From an uncultured bacterium (GTDB taxonomy: Bacteria; Auribacterota; Erginobacteria; Erginobacterales; Erginobacteraceae): DNA of 64,000 nucleotides. The stretch lies in contig CAWGIE010000036.1 in NCBI GenBank assembly GCA_963822585.1, forward strand, positions 32,001 to 96,000, given 5' to 3'. The notes below the pieces were generated by a model. The model was not told where the DNA came from, ran no database searches, and saw only the letters and a program-made list of their open reading frames with translations. Of this stretch, positions 48,436-59,109 are shown piece by piece. Numbering within the stretch: the first letter of the stretch is position 1; each line of letters opens with the position of its first letter. A program made the translations under genes and the position numbers.

Positions 48436-49353
48436 TCAATCCCGCTCCTGGTATTCGACTTCATACTCGTCCAGATCCCGGGCGATCCTGGTCTGGGGAA
48501 AAATCTCCCGGGCTTCCTTCAGCATCGAGTTGATCGACAGGTAGCGGGGACTGATATGGACCAGGACCAGCTGGCGCACCCCCGCCTCCTGGGCGAGCCG
48601 GGCCGCCTCCCGGGCGGTGGAGTGTCCTCTCATTTTGCTCTCCCCGGCCATCTCTTCATCGAACATCCCGTCGTGGACGAGGAGATCCGCCCCCCGGGCG
48701 AAATCGACGGCGCCCGGAAAAGGGCGCGTATCGACCATGTATACCACCATGCGGCCCGGACGGGCTTTCCCCAAAACTTCTTCCGGAAGCACGCGCCGGC
48801 CGCTATCCAAGACCACCTCCTGCCCCGATTGAAGGCGCTTGTAAAGGGGCCCGGCGGGGACGCCGATCTTTTTAGCCGCTTCCAGATCGAACCGGCCCGG
48901 GCGCGGTCGTTCCACCAGCCGGTAGGCAAGGGTGAAGACCCGGTGGTCGACCGGCATCGCCTCGATATAATATTCGCCTTCATCGACGATCACCCCGCCT
49001 TCGATCTCCTTTACTTCCAGCGGATAGGCGACACCGAAACGGAGGTATTTCCGGCTGAGATGAACGTAGTCGGCGATCCCCGGGGGACCGAAGATGGAGA
49101 GAGGCGCGGACCGGGAACCCATGCTCATGCTCATCAGGAGACCCGCCAGCCCGATGACATGGTCGCCGTGGAGGTGGGTGACACAGATCGCCCTCAGGCG
49201 TGCCCAGCCCAGGTGAGACCTTCCCAGCTGAAGCTGGGTCCCTTCCCCGCAGTCGAACATGAACATCTCCCCTTCCCGCAGCAGCACCGTCGACGGCAGC
49301 ATGCGCCGCGTGGTGGGGAACGCTCCGCCCGAACCAAGAATAACCGCTCTCAT
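48436..49353 (-). CDS. rnz: Ribonuclease Z
   Basis: FDCGEGTQ, THLHGDH, GP-rich flexible arm (GVPAGP), GHST, HISPRY. Confidence 0.94.
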   Translation of the reverse strand: MRAVILGSGGAFPTTRRMLPSTVLLREGEMFMFDCGEGTQLQLGRSHLGWARLRAICVTHLHGDHVIGLAGLLMSMSMGSRSAPLSIFGPPGIADYVHLSRKYLRFGVAYPLEVKEIEGGVIVDEGEYYIEAMPVDHRVFTLAYRLVERPRPGRFDLEAAKKIGVPAGPLYKRLQSGQEVVLDSGRRVLPEEVLGKARPGRMVVYMVDTRPFPGAVDFARGADLLVHDGMFDEEMAGESKMRGHSTAREAARLAQEAGVRQLVLVHISPRYLSINSMLKEAREIFPQTRIARDLDEYEVEYQERD

Positions 49354-49357
49354 TTAG

Positions 49358-49681
49358 AACTTAGCTTCGCAACTGAGGGAGGGCACGGCGGCCCTCCCCT
49401 ACGTAGGGGCCGACCGCTGTGTCGGCCCGATTTATTGAAATTCCGAAACAGCAAGTTAGCGCCTCCGGCGCAACTTGTAGCATAAAGTGTAATGTGTAAC
49501 GTGTAAGGGAAACTACCACCCTGCGCTTTACACTTCACGCTACTGTTTTTTCTCGCTGCCACGCTCTGCGTGGTAGCGAAAATATGTAAAATAGGCTCAT
49601 TCCGTTCCCACGCAGAGCGTGGGAACGAGAATTTTTAAACATTTGTGTCTATTTATTAAAATTCCGAAGCAGGAACTTAGC
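49358..49681 (+). mobile_element. Tandem array of cassette-like units carrying REP doublets and heptamer arms
   Basis: AACTTAGC(49358)-REP pair-TTTATTGAAATTCCGAAACAGC|AAGTTAGCGCCTCCGGCGC-cargo-TTTATTAAAATTCCGAAGCAGG|AACTTAGC(49674). Confidence 0.7.
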
Positions 49682-49911
49682 TCTCTCAGTTTGTCCCTCG
49701 CTTAGCCGGGTTTCACATACTTATTATGCAGTCTGAATAGTAACAACTTTTTGTCAACCCGGAAGTACTTTTATTGTCAACCGGGAGCGGGGGGGGTGGT
49801 CGGGGAAGCCCGAGATGCGGATCACATTACTCCAGTACTCCACCATTCCATCACTCCGTCCCTGCTTTTTCTTTTCATACCCATTCTGTCTTTAGTGTTA
49901 TACTCTGATCC

Positions 49912-51135
49912 ATGACGGCTTTTGAAAAGGATCGTCAGTTCTACCGTTTCGCGGCTTATGGGTTCCTGAAGAATTTACGCTTCTTCGAACCCTTTATCAT
50001 CCTTTATTTCCGGGAGACGGGTTTATCCTTCCTTGAGATCGGAACACTGTATTCCATCCGCGAGATCGCCGTCCTCCTCCTGGAACTTCCCACCGGCTTC
50101 ATCGCCGACTTTTACGGCCGGCGAATATCGATGATCGCTTCCATGGTCGCGTATATCATCAGTTTCCTCATTTTCTATCTTTTTCCCTATTTTTCCGCCT
50201 TCGCGGCCGGGATGATTCTCTTCGGCTTCGGGGAAGCCTTCCGAACCGGGACCCATAAGGCCCTGATCCTTGAATACCTCCGGCAAAATGAGATGCTTGA
50301 CCGGCGCACTGATTATTACGGCGCCACCCGGAGCGCTTCCCAGCTCGGCTCCGCTCTCAACGCGATCCTGGCGGCGGCGCTGGTTTTTTACGGAAGAAGC
50401 TACCGGATCATCTTCCCGGCCGCGGTCATCCCCTATCTGCTCAATCTCTTCAATCTGGCCACCTACCCGAAAATACTCGACACGGGGATCGAGAGAAAGG
50501 CCAAAAATCAGACCTTCAAGGATTTTCTCGCCGTTTTCAGCCGCCGCGACGCGCGGCGGGGGATTTTAAACTCCAGCATCTTCGATGCTTTCTTCAAGAC
50601 CGGCCAGGAGTATCTCCAGCCGATCTTGAAGAGCATGGCCGTCGCTCTCCCGATTTTAACCGTACTGCAAGGGCGGCAGAGAACCGCCGTCCTGGTGGGG
50701 ATCGTTTATTTCCTGATCTACCTGCTCACCAGTTACGCGGCACGGAATGCCGGGCGTATGAACCGGATGCTGGGCGGCACGGCCCGGACACTGAACTTGA
50801 CCTTCCTGGCCGGGGCGGCCCTGCTGGCCGCCGCCGGTGTTTGCATTGGACTCACTATCCAGGGAGCGGCGGTGCTCTTTTTCCTCCTCCTCTTCCTTCT
50901 CCAGAACGCCCGTCGTCCCGTCAACATAACCTATATCAGCGAGAAGATATCCCACCGGGCGATGGCCTCGGGGCTCTCGGCCGAATCCCAGATCAAATCC
51001 CTGATCATGGCCCTGGCCGCCCCCGCGGTCGGTTTCCTCGCCGATCGGTTCGGGATCGGCCCCGCGCTGATTACCGCTGGGGTCGTCATGGGGCTGCTGC
51101 TGACCGGGGCTTGCCTGAAAGAAGAGACTTCATGA
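49912..51135 (+). CDS. MFS transporter
   Basis: ELPTGFIADFYGRR motif A; about 12 TMs; extended -10 TGTTATACT ends 7 nt before the ATG. Confidence 0.9.
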   Translation: MTAFEKDRQFYRFAAYGFLKNLRFFEPFIILYFRETGLSFLEIGTLYSIREIAVLLLELPTGFIADFYGRRISMIASMVAYIISFLIFYLFPYFSAFAAGMILFGFGEAFRTGTHKALILEYLRQNEMLDRRTDYYGATRSASQLGSALNAILAAALVFYGRSYRIIFPAAVIPYLLNLFNLATYPKILDTGIERKAKNQTFKDFLAVFSRRDARRGILNSSIFDAFFKTGQEYLQPILKSMAVALPILTVLQGRQRTAVLVGIVYFLIYLLTSYAARNAGRMNRMLGGTARTLNLTFLAGAALLAAAGVCIGLTIQGAAVLFFLLLFLLQNARRPVNITYISEKISHRAMASGLSAESQIKSLIMALAAPAVGFLADRFGIGPALITAGVVMGLLLTGACLKEETS

Positions 51136-51191
51136 ATGACGGATGATGAGGAAAAGGCGATGGAGTTTCTCCGGGAGTATTCATAAACAGG

Positions 51192-51402
51192 CCCTGCTCG
51201 AAAAGGTTTTCGAGCAGGAAATTCTAAATTCTAATATCGAAATCCTAAATAAATCCTAAATCTCAATGACCAAATGTTCAAAATATCGCCGGGTTTAACC
51301 CCATTGTTTAGGATTTTTTAGTTTTGGTCATTTGAAATTATTTAGGATTTAGTATTTGGATATTAGAATTTGAGAGCTTACGAGCTTTTCGAGTAAGCTC
51401 TA
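51192..51402 (-). repeat. AT-rich MITE-like repeat copy 2
   Basis: Inverted copy of 45902-46140; terminal hairpins CCTGCTCGAAAAGGTTTTCGAGCAGG and AGAGCTTACGAGCTTTTCGAGTAAGCTCT. Confidence 0.85.
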
Positions 51403-51403
51403 A

Positions 51404-52966
51404 TTATTCCGCTTTATGCAAGCCGTCGCCGTAAGTACGGATCAGATCGCGCTTGAGCTCCCATAATTTTTCGGTCAGGGAAACGTGATAGACGTCGGGG
51501 TCGACCAGGCGAGTCACTCCGCGGTCAAGAGCTTCCAGATCGGCGTCCCGGAGCCGCCGCATATCCTCGATCTCCGGCCGATCATATACGATCTTTCCGT
51601 CCTCCATCACCGTTATTTCCAGAGGTTCGATCTCCGCTATTTCCTCTCTCTTCAGCTTCCGGTATTTCATTTCATCGGTGGGATGACGCAGGACCAGCTC
51701 TTCCGCCGCCCCGGGGTCCTCATCCGCCAGGCCCAGCAGATCGGCAACGGCCTTTCTCCCCCGGCCGTACACCCGCCATGACCGCTTCTCCCCCGGGTTG
51801 GTGGCCTTCTCGGCGTTTTCGGAAAGTTTGAAGGCCGGCTTCCATTCCCCTCCTTCCCTGACCGCGGTCAGCTTATACACGCCGTCCAGCGCGGCGCAGC
51901 CCCCGGAGGTGATCAGCCTGGTTCCCACGCCGTATACGAGGCGCCGCACCAGATGGTCCGGGTCCACCTGGTAGCGGGAGGCTTCCTTCCTGATCCGGGC
52001 GATAATCCGTTGGATGACCATTTCATCGAGCTGGTTGGAGAGAACGATGCCGGCATCCTCGAACCCCGCCTCGTTCAGCATCCGGGCGGCATGGATGCTG
52101 AGATCGGCCAGATCGCCGGAGTCAAGCCGGATCCCGAGCGGACGGTGACCATTCCGGCGCAGCTCCTCGAAGACCGTGACGGCATGGGGAAGGCCGCTGT
52201 TCAAGGTGTCGATCGTGTCCACCAGGAGCAGGCAGTCGTCGGGATAGAGATCGGCGTATGCCCGGAAGGCGTCCAGCTCCGAGCCGCCCAGGGCCTGGAA
52301 TGCCTGGACCATGCTGTGGGCATGGGTGCCTTTGGGAGGGTAGCCGAGCGCGCAGGAAATGCCGGTATTGGAGGTGAAGTCGGCGCCTCCGATCAATGCC
52401 CCCCGGGCGCCGGCGTTGGCCCCTCTTCCCTGGGCGCGCCTCATGCCGAAATCGATCAGAAGGTTTCCTCCCCCGGCCTGCCGGAGGCGGGATGCCTTGG
52501 TGGCAACCAGGGTCTGATAGTTGAGGTGATTGAGCAGCGCCGATTCCAGGATCTGGGCCGCGGCCAGGGGACCCCGGACGACCATTAAGGGGATTGTGGG
52601 ATGGACCACCCGGCCCTCGGGGATAGCCCGGATCGATAACCTCCGGAAGCCGCCGCTCTCCCGGAGCCACTCCAGGAAATCCTTCGCGAAAAGAGGCGAG
52701 CCGTTCCCCCTCTTCTGACTCTCCAGGCAGGCTATTTCCTCCCCCCCGAACTTCGCCTCCCCCATCCAGTCCAGCAGCCACGCCAGGCCGGCATTGATAC
52801 AGTATCCGGCCCGGTGGGACCCGTAATCGGGGCAGCTCCGGAAAAAGTAATCGAACCGGGCTTCTCTTTCATGGAGCCCCGTCCGAAAGTAGAGCTGGGC
52901 CATGGTGAGCTGGTAAAAATCGGTGAAGAGAATATTCCCGGCTATCCGGGAATCCGCGCGGGTCAT
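51404..52966 (-). CDS. pncB: Nicotinate phosphoribosyltransferase
   Basis: [39 protein letters not shown]. Confidence 0.94.
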   Translation of the reverse strand: MTRADSRIAGNILFTDFYQLTMAQLYFRTGLHEREARFDYFFRSCPDYGSHRAGYCINAGLAWLLDWMGEAKFGGEEIACLESQKRGNGSPLFAKDFLEWLRESGGFRRLSIRAIPEGRVVHPTIPLMVVRGPLAAAQILESALLNHLNYQTLVATKASRLRQAGGGNLLIDFGMRRAQGRGANAGARGALIGGADFTSNTGISCALGYPPKGTHAHSMVQAFQALGGSELDAFRAYADLYPDDCLLLVDTIDTLNSGLPHAVTVFEELRRNGHRPLGIRLDSGDLADLSIHAARMLNEAGFEDAGIVLSNQLDEMVIQRIIARIRKEASRYQVDPDHLVRRLVYGVGTRLITSGGCAALDGVYKLTAVREGGEWKPAFKLSENAEKATNPGEKRSWRVYGRGRKAVADLLGLADEDPGAAEELVLRHPTDEMKYRKLKREEIAEIEPLEITVMEDGKIVYDRPEIEDMRRLRDADLEALDRGVTRLVDPDVYHVSLTEKLWELKRDLIRTYGDGLHKAE

Positions 52967-52982
52967 GAAAGCTCTCCTCTGC

Positions 52983-54962
52983 TCACCTGTGCAATACCCT
53001 CTCCAGTTCCTCCTGGAGGCTTTCGAATTTATACGGCTTCTGCAAGAAACCGGCCAGACCGCGGGCGGTATAAAGCCTGGTCACACTTTGCCGGTTATAC
53101 CCGCTGGAAAGAATCACCCGGACATCGGGGTCGACGGCCCGCATTTCTTCCAGGGCGGCCAGGCCGTCCATGCGGGGCATACTCAGATCCAGGATCACGC
53201 AGACGATCTTTTCGGCATTTTCGCGAAAAACCCGGACTGCTTCCTCGCCTTCTTCCGCGGTCAGAACCTGGAACCCCAAACGCTCCACCATCCGCCGGCA
53301 GAGGTTTCTCACCATCTCCTCATCGTCAACCACCAGGATCTGGCCGGAGGCAGCCGCCTTTGCCAGTGAGTCCGGCGCGCGTCTTTTCCGGGGACTTTTT
53401 CCTTTTGCCGCGACGGACGGCGATTCCGCAACGGGAAAGAGAACACTGATCGTGGATCCCTTCCCCTCTTCGCTATCGATCAGGATGGCCCCTTTATGCC
53501 CGCGGACGATCCCCAGGACCGCGGAGAGACCCAGTCCCCGCCCCTGCAGCTTGCTGGTAAAAAAGGGTTCGAAAATATGCGACAGTGTCTCCGGGCTCAT
53601 CCCGCATCCGGTATCGGTCACCTCCAGAACGACAAAGCGGCCCGGTTCCGGTTTCTCCTCCAGGAAGCTCCGGCGGAGGCGCTCCCGATCGACCTTCTCG
53701 AACCGGGTCGAGATGACAACAACGCCGGGGGAATTCTCAACCGCCTCCGAAGCGTTGGTGATCAGGTTCATGACAATCTGCTGGATCTGGCCCGCGTCGG
53801 CGGTGATGGTTGGCAGATCCGGATCAAGATCGAGCCGCAGAGTGGTATTCTTGGGGACAGTGGCCTGCAGAATATGGACGTTCTCTCTCACCAGTTCGCT
53901 GAGATCGATATCTCTGACCACGAACTTCCCCTTGCCCGAATAAGCCAGCATCTGTCGGGTCAGGTCACCCGCCCGCTTGGCCGCCCGGACCGCCTGTTCA
54001 ATGCTGTGACGGGAGGAGGAGACGGGGGAGAGATCCAGAAGGGCCATGTCCAGGTTGCCCAGGATGGCCATCAGCAGATTGTTGAAGTCATGGGCGATGC
54101 CCCCCGCCATCACCCCCAGGCTCTCGAGTTTCTGGGAATGCAGGAGCCGGCGCTCCAGTTCCAGCCGCTCTTTCTCAGACTGCCGGCGGACGGTGATGTC
54201 CCGGACCACGCAGATCATCCCTTCTTCCAGGGCGGTCAGGGAGACTTCCTGGGGAAAAGTGCTCCCGTCCTTCTTCTTCCCCACCGCCTCTCCCCGCCAG
54301 AAGCCTTCTCTCCGAAGCACGGGTATGATCTCCCGCTCGAATCTCCGGAGTTCGTCTTCTTTGTAGAGGGTCCTCCAGGTTTTTCCCAGCAGTTCTTTCG
54401 CGCTCCCGTATCCGTAAATACGGGCATGGGCCTGATTCAAAAAGACATATTTTTCATCCCCGCCCAAAATGGCGATCCCGTCCACGGAGGCTTCGATGGC
54501 CCGGGTCTCCGCCTTCAGTTTCTCCGCCACCCGTTTCTGCTCGGTAACATCCGTGCCGGCGCTGAGCGTCCCGGTGGTCCGGCCGTCGCCATCTTTGAGA
54601 AGCGTGTTGTGCCAGGCGATAATCCTCTCCTCCCCGTCCCCGCGGAGAACACGGTTCTCATGATATTCAATCGCCTCGACCTGCCCGCGCATCAAACTCT
54701 TGAAAACGGCCTTGATCTCTTCCCGGGCGGCGGGGGGAATGAACTCATCGAACCAGTTATGGCCGACGATCTCGTTCTCCGGGCAGCACAGGATCTCGCA
54801 GGCTTTCCGATTGGCCAGCGTCACCACCCCCTCGGAGTCGATCGCCAGGAAGATCACGTTCGCCAGATCCAGGTATCTTTGCGCCTGTTCACACTCCCGG
54901 CGCAGGACTTCCTCCGCCGCGCCATGAGTAAATCTCGATTTTTTTGAGGGCGAATCGCTCAT
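52983..54962 (-). CDS. PAS-PAS hybrid histidine kinase with C-terminal receiver
   Basis: Two PAS domains, [32 protein letters not shown] (LDLSMP); ATG 54962 follows AAGGA. Confidence 0.93.
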   Translation of the reverse strand: MSDSPSKKSRFTHGAAEEVLRRECEQAQRYLDLANVIFLAIDSEGVVTLANRKACEILCCPENEIVGHNWFDEFIPPAAREEIKAVFKSLMRGQVEAIEYHENRVLRGDGEERIIAWHNTLLKDGDGRTTGTLSAGTDVTEQKRVAEKLKAETRAIEASVDGIAILGGDEKYVFLNQAHARIYGYGSAKELLGKTWRTLYKEDELRRFEREIIPVLRREGFWRGEAVGKKKDGSTFPQEVSLTALEEGMICVVRDITVRRQSEKERLELERRLLHSQKLESLGVMAGGIAHDFNNLLMAILGNLDMALLDLSPVSSSRHSIEQAVRAAKRAGDLTRQMLAYSGKGKFVVRDIDLSELVRENVHILQATVPKNTTLRLDLDPDLPTITADAGQIQQIVMNLITNASEAVENSPGVVVISTRFEKVDRERLRRSFLEEKPEPGRFVVLEVTDTGCGMSPETLSHIFEPFFTSKLQGRGLGLSAVLGIVRGHKGAILIDSEEGKGSTISVLFPVAESPSVAAKGKSPRKRRAPDSLAKAAASGQILVVDDEEMVRNLCRRMVERLGFQVLTAEEGEEAVRVFRENAEKIVCVILDLSMPRMDGLAALEEMRAVDPDVRVILSSGYNRQSVTRLYTARGLAGFLQKPYKFESLQEELERVLHR

Positions 54963-55173
54963 TTCGTCCTTTATTTTATATAACAAGACCGGTGACTATA
55001 TGTATAATTCTATCATTTAACATCTTGGCAGGGTAGAATATTATTAAAAGTAATTATTAAAAGTAATCGTTGTTTTTCATTCTGCCTTCTCATTAATCTC
55101 TGTCGTTATTCAAATTTACCTGATTTATCCCGCCCTGCCAGCAGGGGGGAACAACTCAGGGTAAGGAGGATTC

Positions 55174-55722
55174 ATGAAAAAATATCTGCCGGTATTGGTA
55201 ATTTTCAGCCTGATTGTTTTCCTAGGGGCGACCCTCGCGTTTGCGCAGGGGGGAGAGAAGACGTTGCGCTGCTGGCGCTGCGGGAAGAGCTTCACGATCC
55301 CGGCAACTCAGCAGGGGCGGGTAAACTGCCCCTATTGCGGGGCGCCCTGCATGATCAAGATGCCCACACCGGTCCCGACGGTGACCCCGGTCCCCTCCCC
55401 CACGCCGATCCCCGGCCAGGAGCCCGCCTCCATCTCCTGGAAAGAGGGCACGAAACATGTCGGCCAGACCAAATCACTCAAGGGGACAATCGTGGACACC
55501 CACCTCTCCTCCGGGAGCGGGAACCTCTACCTGAACTTCGATCCGGATTACACGACCTACATCTCGATCGAGATCCCGGCTGCAAACGTGAAGAAATTTC
55601 CCGCGGCGGCCGCCAGCCTCTACAAGGGCAAGACCGTGGTCGCGACCGGAAAGATCGTCAAGGAGAAAAAATACACCCGTCTGCTCGTCACCGACCCCGC
55701 CAACCTCTTTATCGTGGAATGA
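55174..55722 (+). CDS. Secreted protein: CxxC/CxxC zinc ribbon, Pro-Thr linker, OB-fold-like domain
   Basis: SD AGGAGG, signal peptide, CWRC..CPYC, PTPVPTVTPVPSPTP, LYLNF..YKGKTVVATGKI. Confidence 0.75.
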   Translation: MKKYLPVLVIFSLIVFLGATLAFAQGGEKTLRCWRCGKSFTIPATQQGRVNCPYCGAPCMIKMPTPVPTVTPVPSPTPIPGQEPASISWKEGTKHVGQTKSLKGTIVDTHLSSGSGNLYLNFDPDYTTYISIEIPAANVKKFPAAAASLYKGKTVVATGKIVKEKKYTRLLVTDPANLFIVE

Positions 55723-55785
55723 ACAAGGGAACTCAGGTCACCTGGTTTCAAGTCCCCGGCATTACCAGTAAATCAGGACGGAGCA

Positions 55786-57036
55786 ATGACCGCTGAGGCA
55801 ACCGTTAAGAAAGAATTTCCTCTCAAAACGCTTCTCAGCTTTCTGGGGCCCGGTTTCCTGGTCACGGTCGGGTTTATCGATCCCGGCAACTGGGCGACGA
55901 ACATAGAGGGCGGATCGAAGTTCGGCTATCAACTTCTCTGGGTCATCACCGTCAGCACGATCATGCTGATCGTGATCCAGCACATGGCCGCCAAGCTCGG
56001 TATCGCCACCGGAAAGTCCCTCGCGGTCAACATCCGGGAACGCTTCTCTCCCCCGGTTTCGGCGCTTCTCGGGCTGACGATCGTCGGGGCCTGCGTCGCC
56101 ACCGACGTGGCGGAACTGATCGGAGGAGCGATCGGCTTCAAGCTCCTCTTCGGCATGCCGCTCTGGATGGGCGCCCTGCTCACGGTGTTCCTGGAAGTCT
56201 TCCTGATCGTCAGCCAGAGGTACCATCGGATCGAGGTGGTCATCATCGGCTTTCTGGGGATCATCGGTCTCTGCTATCTGGTGGAGATCCTGATCGTCAA
56301 GCCCGACTGGGGGGTGCTGCTGCCCTCGATGGTCGTTCCCAAGGTCGGCCGCAGCAGCATTTATATCGCCATGGCCATCCTGGGAGCGGTTGTGATGCCC
56401 CACAATATCTTCCTGCATTCCAACGTCATTCACAGCCGGAAGTGGGGCATCTCCGAGGGCGAGAAAATGGCTCTCCTTCGCTACGAGAAAGCCGATACGC
56501 TGGTCGCCATGGTTCTGGGGTGGGTGGTGAACTCGGCGATGATCATCGTGGCCGCCGCCGTTTTCCTGCGCCATCATGTCGTGGTTGACAGCATCGAACA
56601 GGCGTCGGCGACACTGGTGCCTCTGGCCGGTCCGCTGGCCGGTTTGCTCTTCGCCGTCGCCCTCGTCTTTGCCGGCGTCGGCTCGTCGGTGACGTCGTCG
56701 ATGGCGGAGGTTAATGTGATTACCGGATTTCTGGGAAAACCGGAAGACCCGCGGACACTACTCTACCGGATTTCCGTTTTTGTTACGGCGATCCCGTCAC
56801 TCCTGATCATTCTTCTGGCCATGAACACGTTCCGCATTCTGATCTTCAGTCAGGTCGTGCTCAGCATCCAGCTCCCCTTTACCCTTGTTCCCTTGCTGAT
56901 TCTCTGCCGCGACCGCAACCTCATGGGCCGGCTCAGAAGCAGCCGGACTGAATTCGCCGCCGCCGTGATCATCTCCGGTGTCGTCATTGTTCTGAATATC
57001 TACCTGCTCTATTCCACCCTTACCGGGGGAGGCTGA
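55786..57036 (+). CDS. mntH: Nramp-family divalent metal transporter
   Basis: DPGNW, MPHN, SQVVLS. Confidence 0.93.
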   Translation: MTAEATVKKEFPLKTLLSFLGPGFLVTVGFIDPGNWATNIEGGSKFGYQLLWVITVSTIMLIVIQHMAAKLGIATGKSLAVNIRERFSPPVSALLGLTIVGACVATDVAELIGGAIGFKLLFGMPLWMGALLTVFLEVFLIVSQRYHRIEVVIIGFLGIIGLCYLVEILIVKPDWGVLLPSMVVPKVGRSSIYIAMAILGAVVMPHNIFLHSNVIHSRKWGISEGEKMALLRYEKADTLVAMVLGWVVNSAMIIVAAAVFLRHHVVVDSIEQASATLVPLAGPLAGLLFAVALVFAGVGSSVTSSMAEVNVITGFLGKPEDPRTLLYRISVFVTAIPSLLIILLAMNTFRILIFSQVVLSIQLPFTLVPLLILCRDRNLMGRLRSSRTEFAAAVIISGVVIVLNIYLLYSTLTGGG

Positions 57037-57037
57037 T

Positions 57038-57449
57038 ATGCAAATATACAAGAAAATTCTGGTCACTATGGACTGCTCTCCCGTAGACGATGCCATCATC
57101 GAGCATATAACGGCCCTGGCGCTTCAAAACCACGCTCAGGTTTACCTTCTGCACGTGGTGCACTCCCACACGCTCGACCAGGAACGCGCGTTGCATGAAG
57201 AAGCTGAAGCAAACTTGAAATCCCGCTGTGAGGTTCTGCGGGCGAAGGGCATCAAGGCCCATATCGTAATCAGAAGCGGCGAGCCGGATACCGAGATACT
57301 GGAAGAGATCGAGAAGAAAAAACTACGACCTGGTGGCCATGGCCACCCACGGCCATACCTTTTTCGGAGACCTCCTCTATGGCAGCGTCTCCCGGACCCT
57401 GAAACACCGGATCAGCATCCCTCTGCTGCTGATCGGCCCCAGCCGCTGA
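57038..57449 (+). CDS. Universal stress protein (frameshift in the A-run near 57320)
   Basis: YKKILV..LLHVV; removing one A gives YDLVAMATHGH..LYGSVSRTLKHRISIPLLLI*. Confidence 0.88.
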
Positions 57450-57652
57450 AGTGCGGCCCGGGGCCATTATAAATGCCTGACCACCTGACCCGCTTGACGA
57501 CCATTCCCCCGGTCTTCATTCCCGGTCACTAAAATGCCGCCATCATAATTTCCCCGGGACTGCATCGGAAATAGCCGGTGGTGTGAATCCCGCGGATCAG
57601 CTACCACGGCAGCCGCACGGCAGACCATCCCCCCTCGCGGTTCGGCCGGGCA

Positions 57653-57682
57653 TTGACAATCCCGAAGACTCGTTGATATTAT
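57653..57682 (+). promoter_or_regulatory. Sigma-70 promoter of the M20 hydrolase
   Basis: TTGACA-N18-TATTAT with TGn extension. Confidence 0.55.
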
Positions 57683-57736
57683 CCCGTGATAACTTGGCGC
57701 GCCACGTGCGCGTCTCACCGGGAAGGACCGACCGCC

Positions 57737-58936
57737 ATGCAAGATATACAACCCGAAAAAGTCAAAGCGATTCTGGAGCGTGACCGCCAAAAAATGGTGG
57801 ATTTTCTGCGGGAGATCATCGCCCTGCCGAGCCCCAGCGGCGAGGAGGGGAAAGTGGCCGCGCGGGTGGTGGAAGAGATGAAGACCTGCGGTTTCACCCG
57901 GGCGTTTGTCGACGGTATCGGCAACGCGGTAGGCATGATCGGTTCCGGCCGCCCCGCCATCCTCTTTGATGCCCATATCGATACCGTCGGCATTCGTGAA
58001 CGCGAGCGCTGGGCGTTCGATCCCTACCTTGGCCAGTTCGACGGCACCTATGTGCATGGGCGCGGAGCCGCCGAGAACAAGGGGGCCCTGGCCGCGATCA
58101 TTTACGGGGTCAAGGCAATGGCCGAGGCCGGACTCCTGCGCGGCACGGTCTATGTCACCGGCACCGCGTTCGAGGAGGATTGCGACGGGTTGGGCCTCTG
58201 GTACGCCTTGACCAGGGATGACATCCGCCCCGATGCCGTGGTGATCGGCAAGTTCACCGAACTCAAGGTCATGCGCGGCCAGCGCGGACGGATGGAGATC
58301 AGCATCACCGTCCCCGGGCGCACCTGCCACGCCTCGACCCCCGAGCAGGGGATAAACCCGATCTATGCCGCGCTGCCGCTGCTGGCGGGGATCGAGAAGC
58401 TCAACGGGGAACTGAAAACGGACGAATTCCTCGGCAAAGGCACCGTGGCGGCGACCCAGGTGCTGGTCAAAAGTCCGGGGTTCAACCGCCTGGGCGAGGA
58501 GTTGACCATCTCGGTTGACCGCCGGCTGACGGCGGGTGAAAACCGGGAGACGGCCATCCGCCAGCTGCGGGGACTTCCCGGGGCGGAAAAGGCGTCCATC
58601 GCGGTGCTCACCTATGAGAAACCCGCTTCCACCGGCCTGGTGCAGAAGGTGGAGAAGTATTTCCCCGGCTGGTCGGTGGCCGCCGATTCGCGGGTGGTCG
58701 CGACGGCGGTCGCCGCCTTCCGCGCGGTGATGGGCAGAGCGCCGGAGATCGACAAATGGACCGTCAGCTCCAACGGGGTCTCCTCCTGCGGCCTGCTCGG
58801 CATTCCGACGGTGGGCTTCGGCCCGGGGGAGAAGAAGTACATCCACGGTTACGAGGACCGCATCGCGGTCCGCGACCTGCTGGACGCGGCGGCGGTCTAT
58901 GCCCTCTATCCCTCCGCCTGGATGCCGGCCCGCTGA
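57737..58936 (+). CDS. M20-family metallohydrolase (YgeY-like)
   Basis: DAHIDTVG, GRGA, EEDCDG, RGQRGRME, GFGPG; start after AGGA. Confidence 0.88.
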   Translation: MQDIQPEKVKAILERDRQKMVDFLREIIALPSPSGEEGKVAARVVEEMKTCGFTRAFVDGIGNAVGMIGSGRPAILFDAHIDTVGIRERERWAFDPYLGQFDGTYVHGRGAAENKGALAAIIYGVKAMAEAGLLRGTVYVTGTAFEEDCDGLGLWYALTRDDIRPDAVVIGKFTELKVMRGQRGRMEISITVPGRTCHASTPEQGINPIYAALPLLAGIEKLNGELKTDEFLGKGTVAATQVLVKSPGFNRLGEELTISVDRRLTAGENRETAIRQLRGLPGAEKASIAVLTYEKPASTGLVQKVEKYFPGWSVAADSRVVATAVAAFRAVMGRAPEIDKWTVSSNGVSSCGLLGIPTVGFGPGEKKYIHGYEDRIAVRDLLDAAAVYALYPSAWMPAR

Positions 58937-59109
58937 CCCGGCGACCGCGGGGGAAACGTCACATATGGACACCTGAGGGGGCTCGGTGAATCAGCGTTGC
59001 CAGAGGGTTTACGACAGGTTTAGCCACCGCTTCTTTTCCGATGGAGGCGGTGGTTTTTTTCTCAACGGGGGACGGATACAGGAGACGACGATACCCTTGG
59101 AGTATGTCA

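Noticed and set aside
49431..49452. XerCD dif/pdif site
   Set aside because: TTTATTGAAAT only loosely resembles the XerD arm and there is no XerC arm at 6-bp spacing
49431..49681. CRISPR array (ATTGAAA motif, repeated junction)
   Set aside because: Too few units, spacers 70-200 bp and made of repeats, no cas genes
55723..55785. yybP-ykoY Mn riboswitch before mntH
   Set aside because: Spacer is only about 60 bp and lacks recognisable motifs
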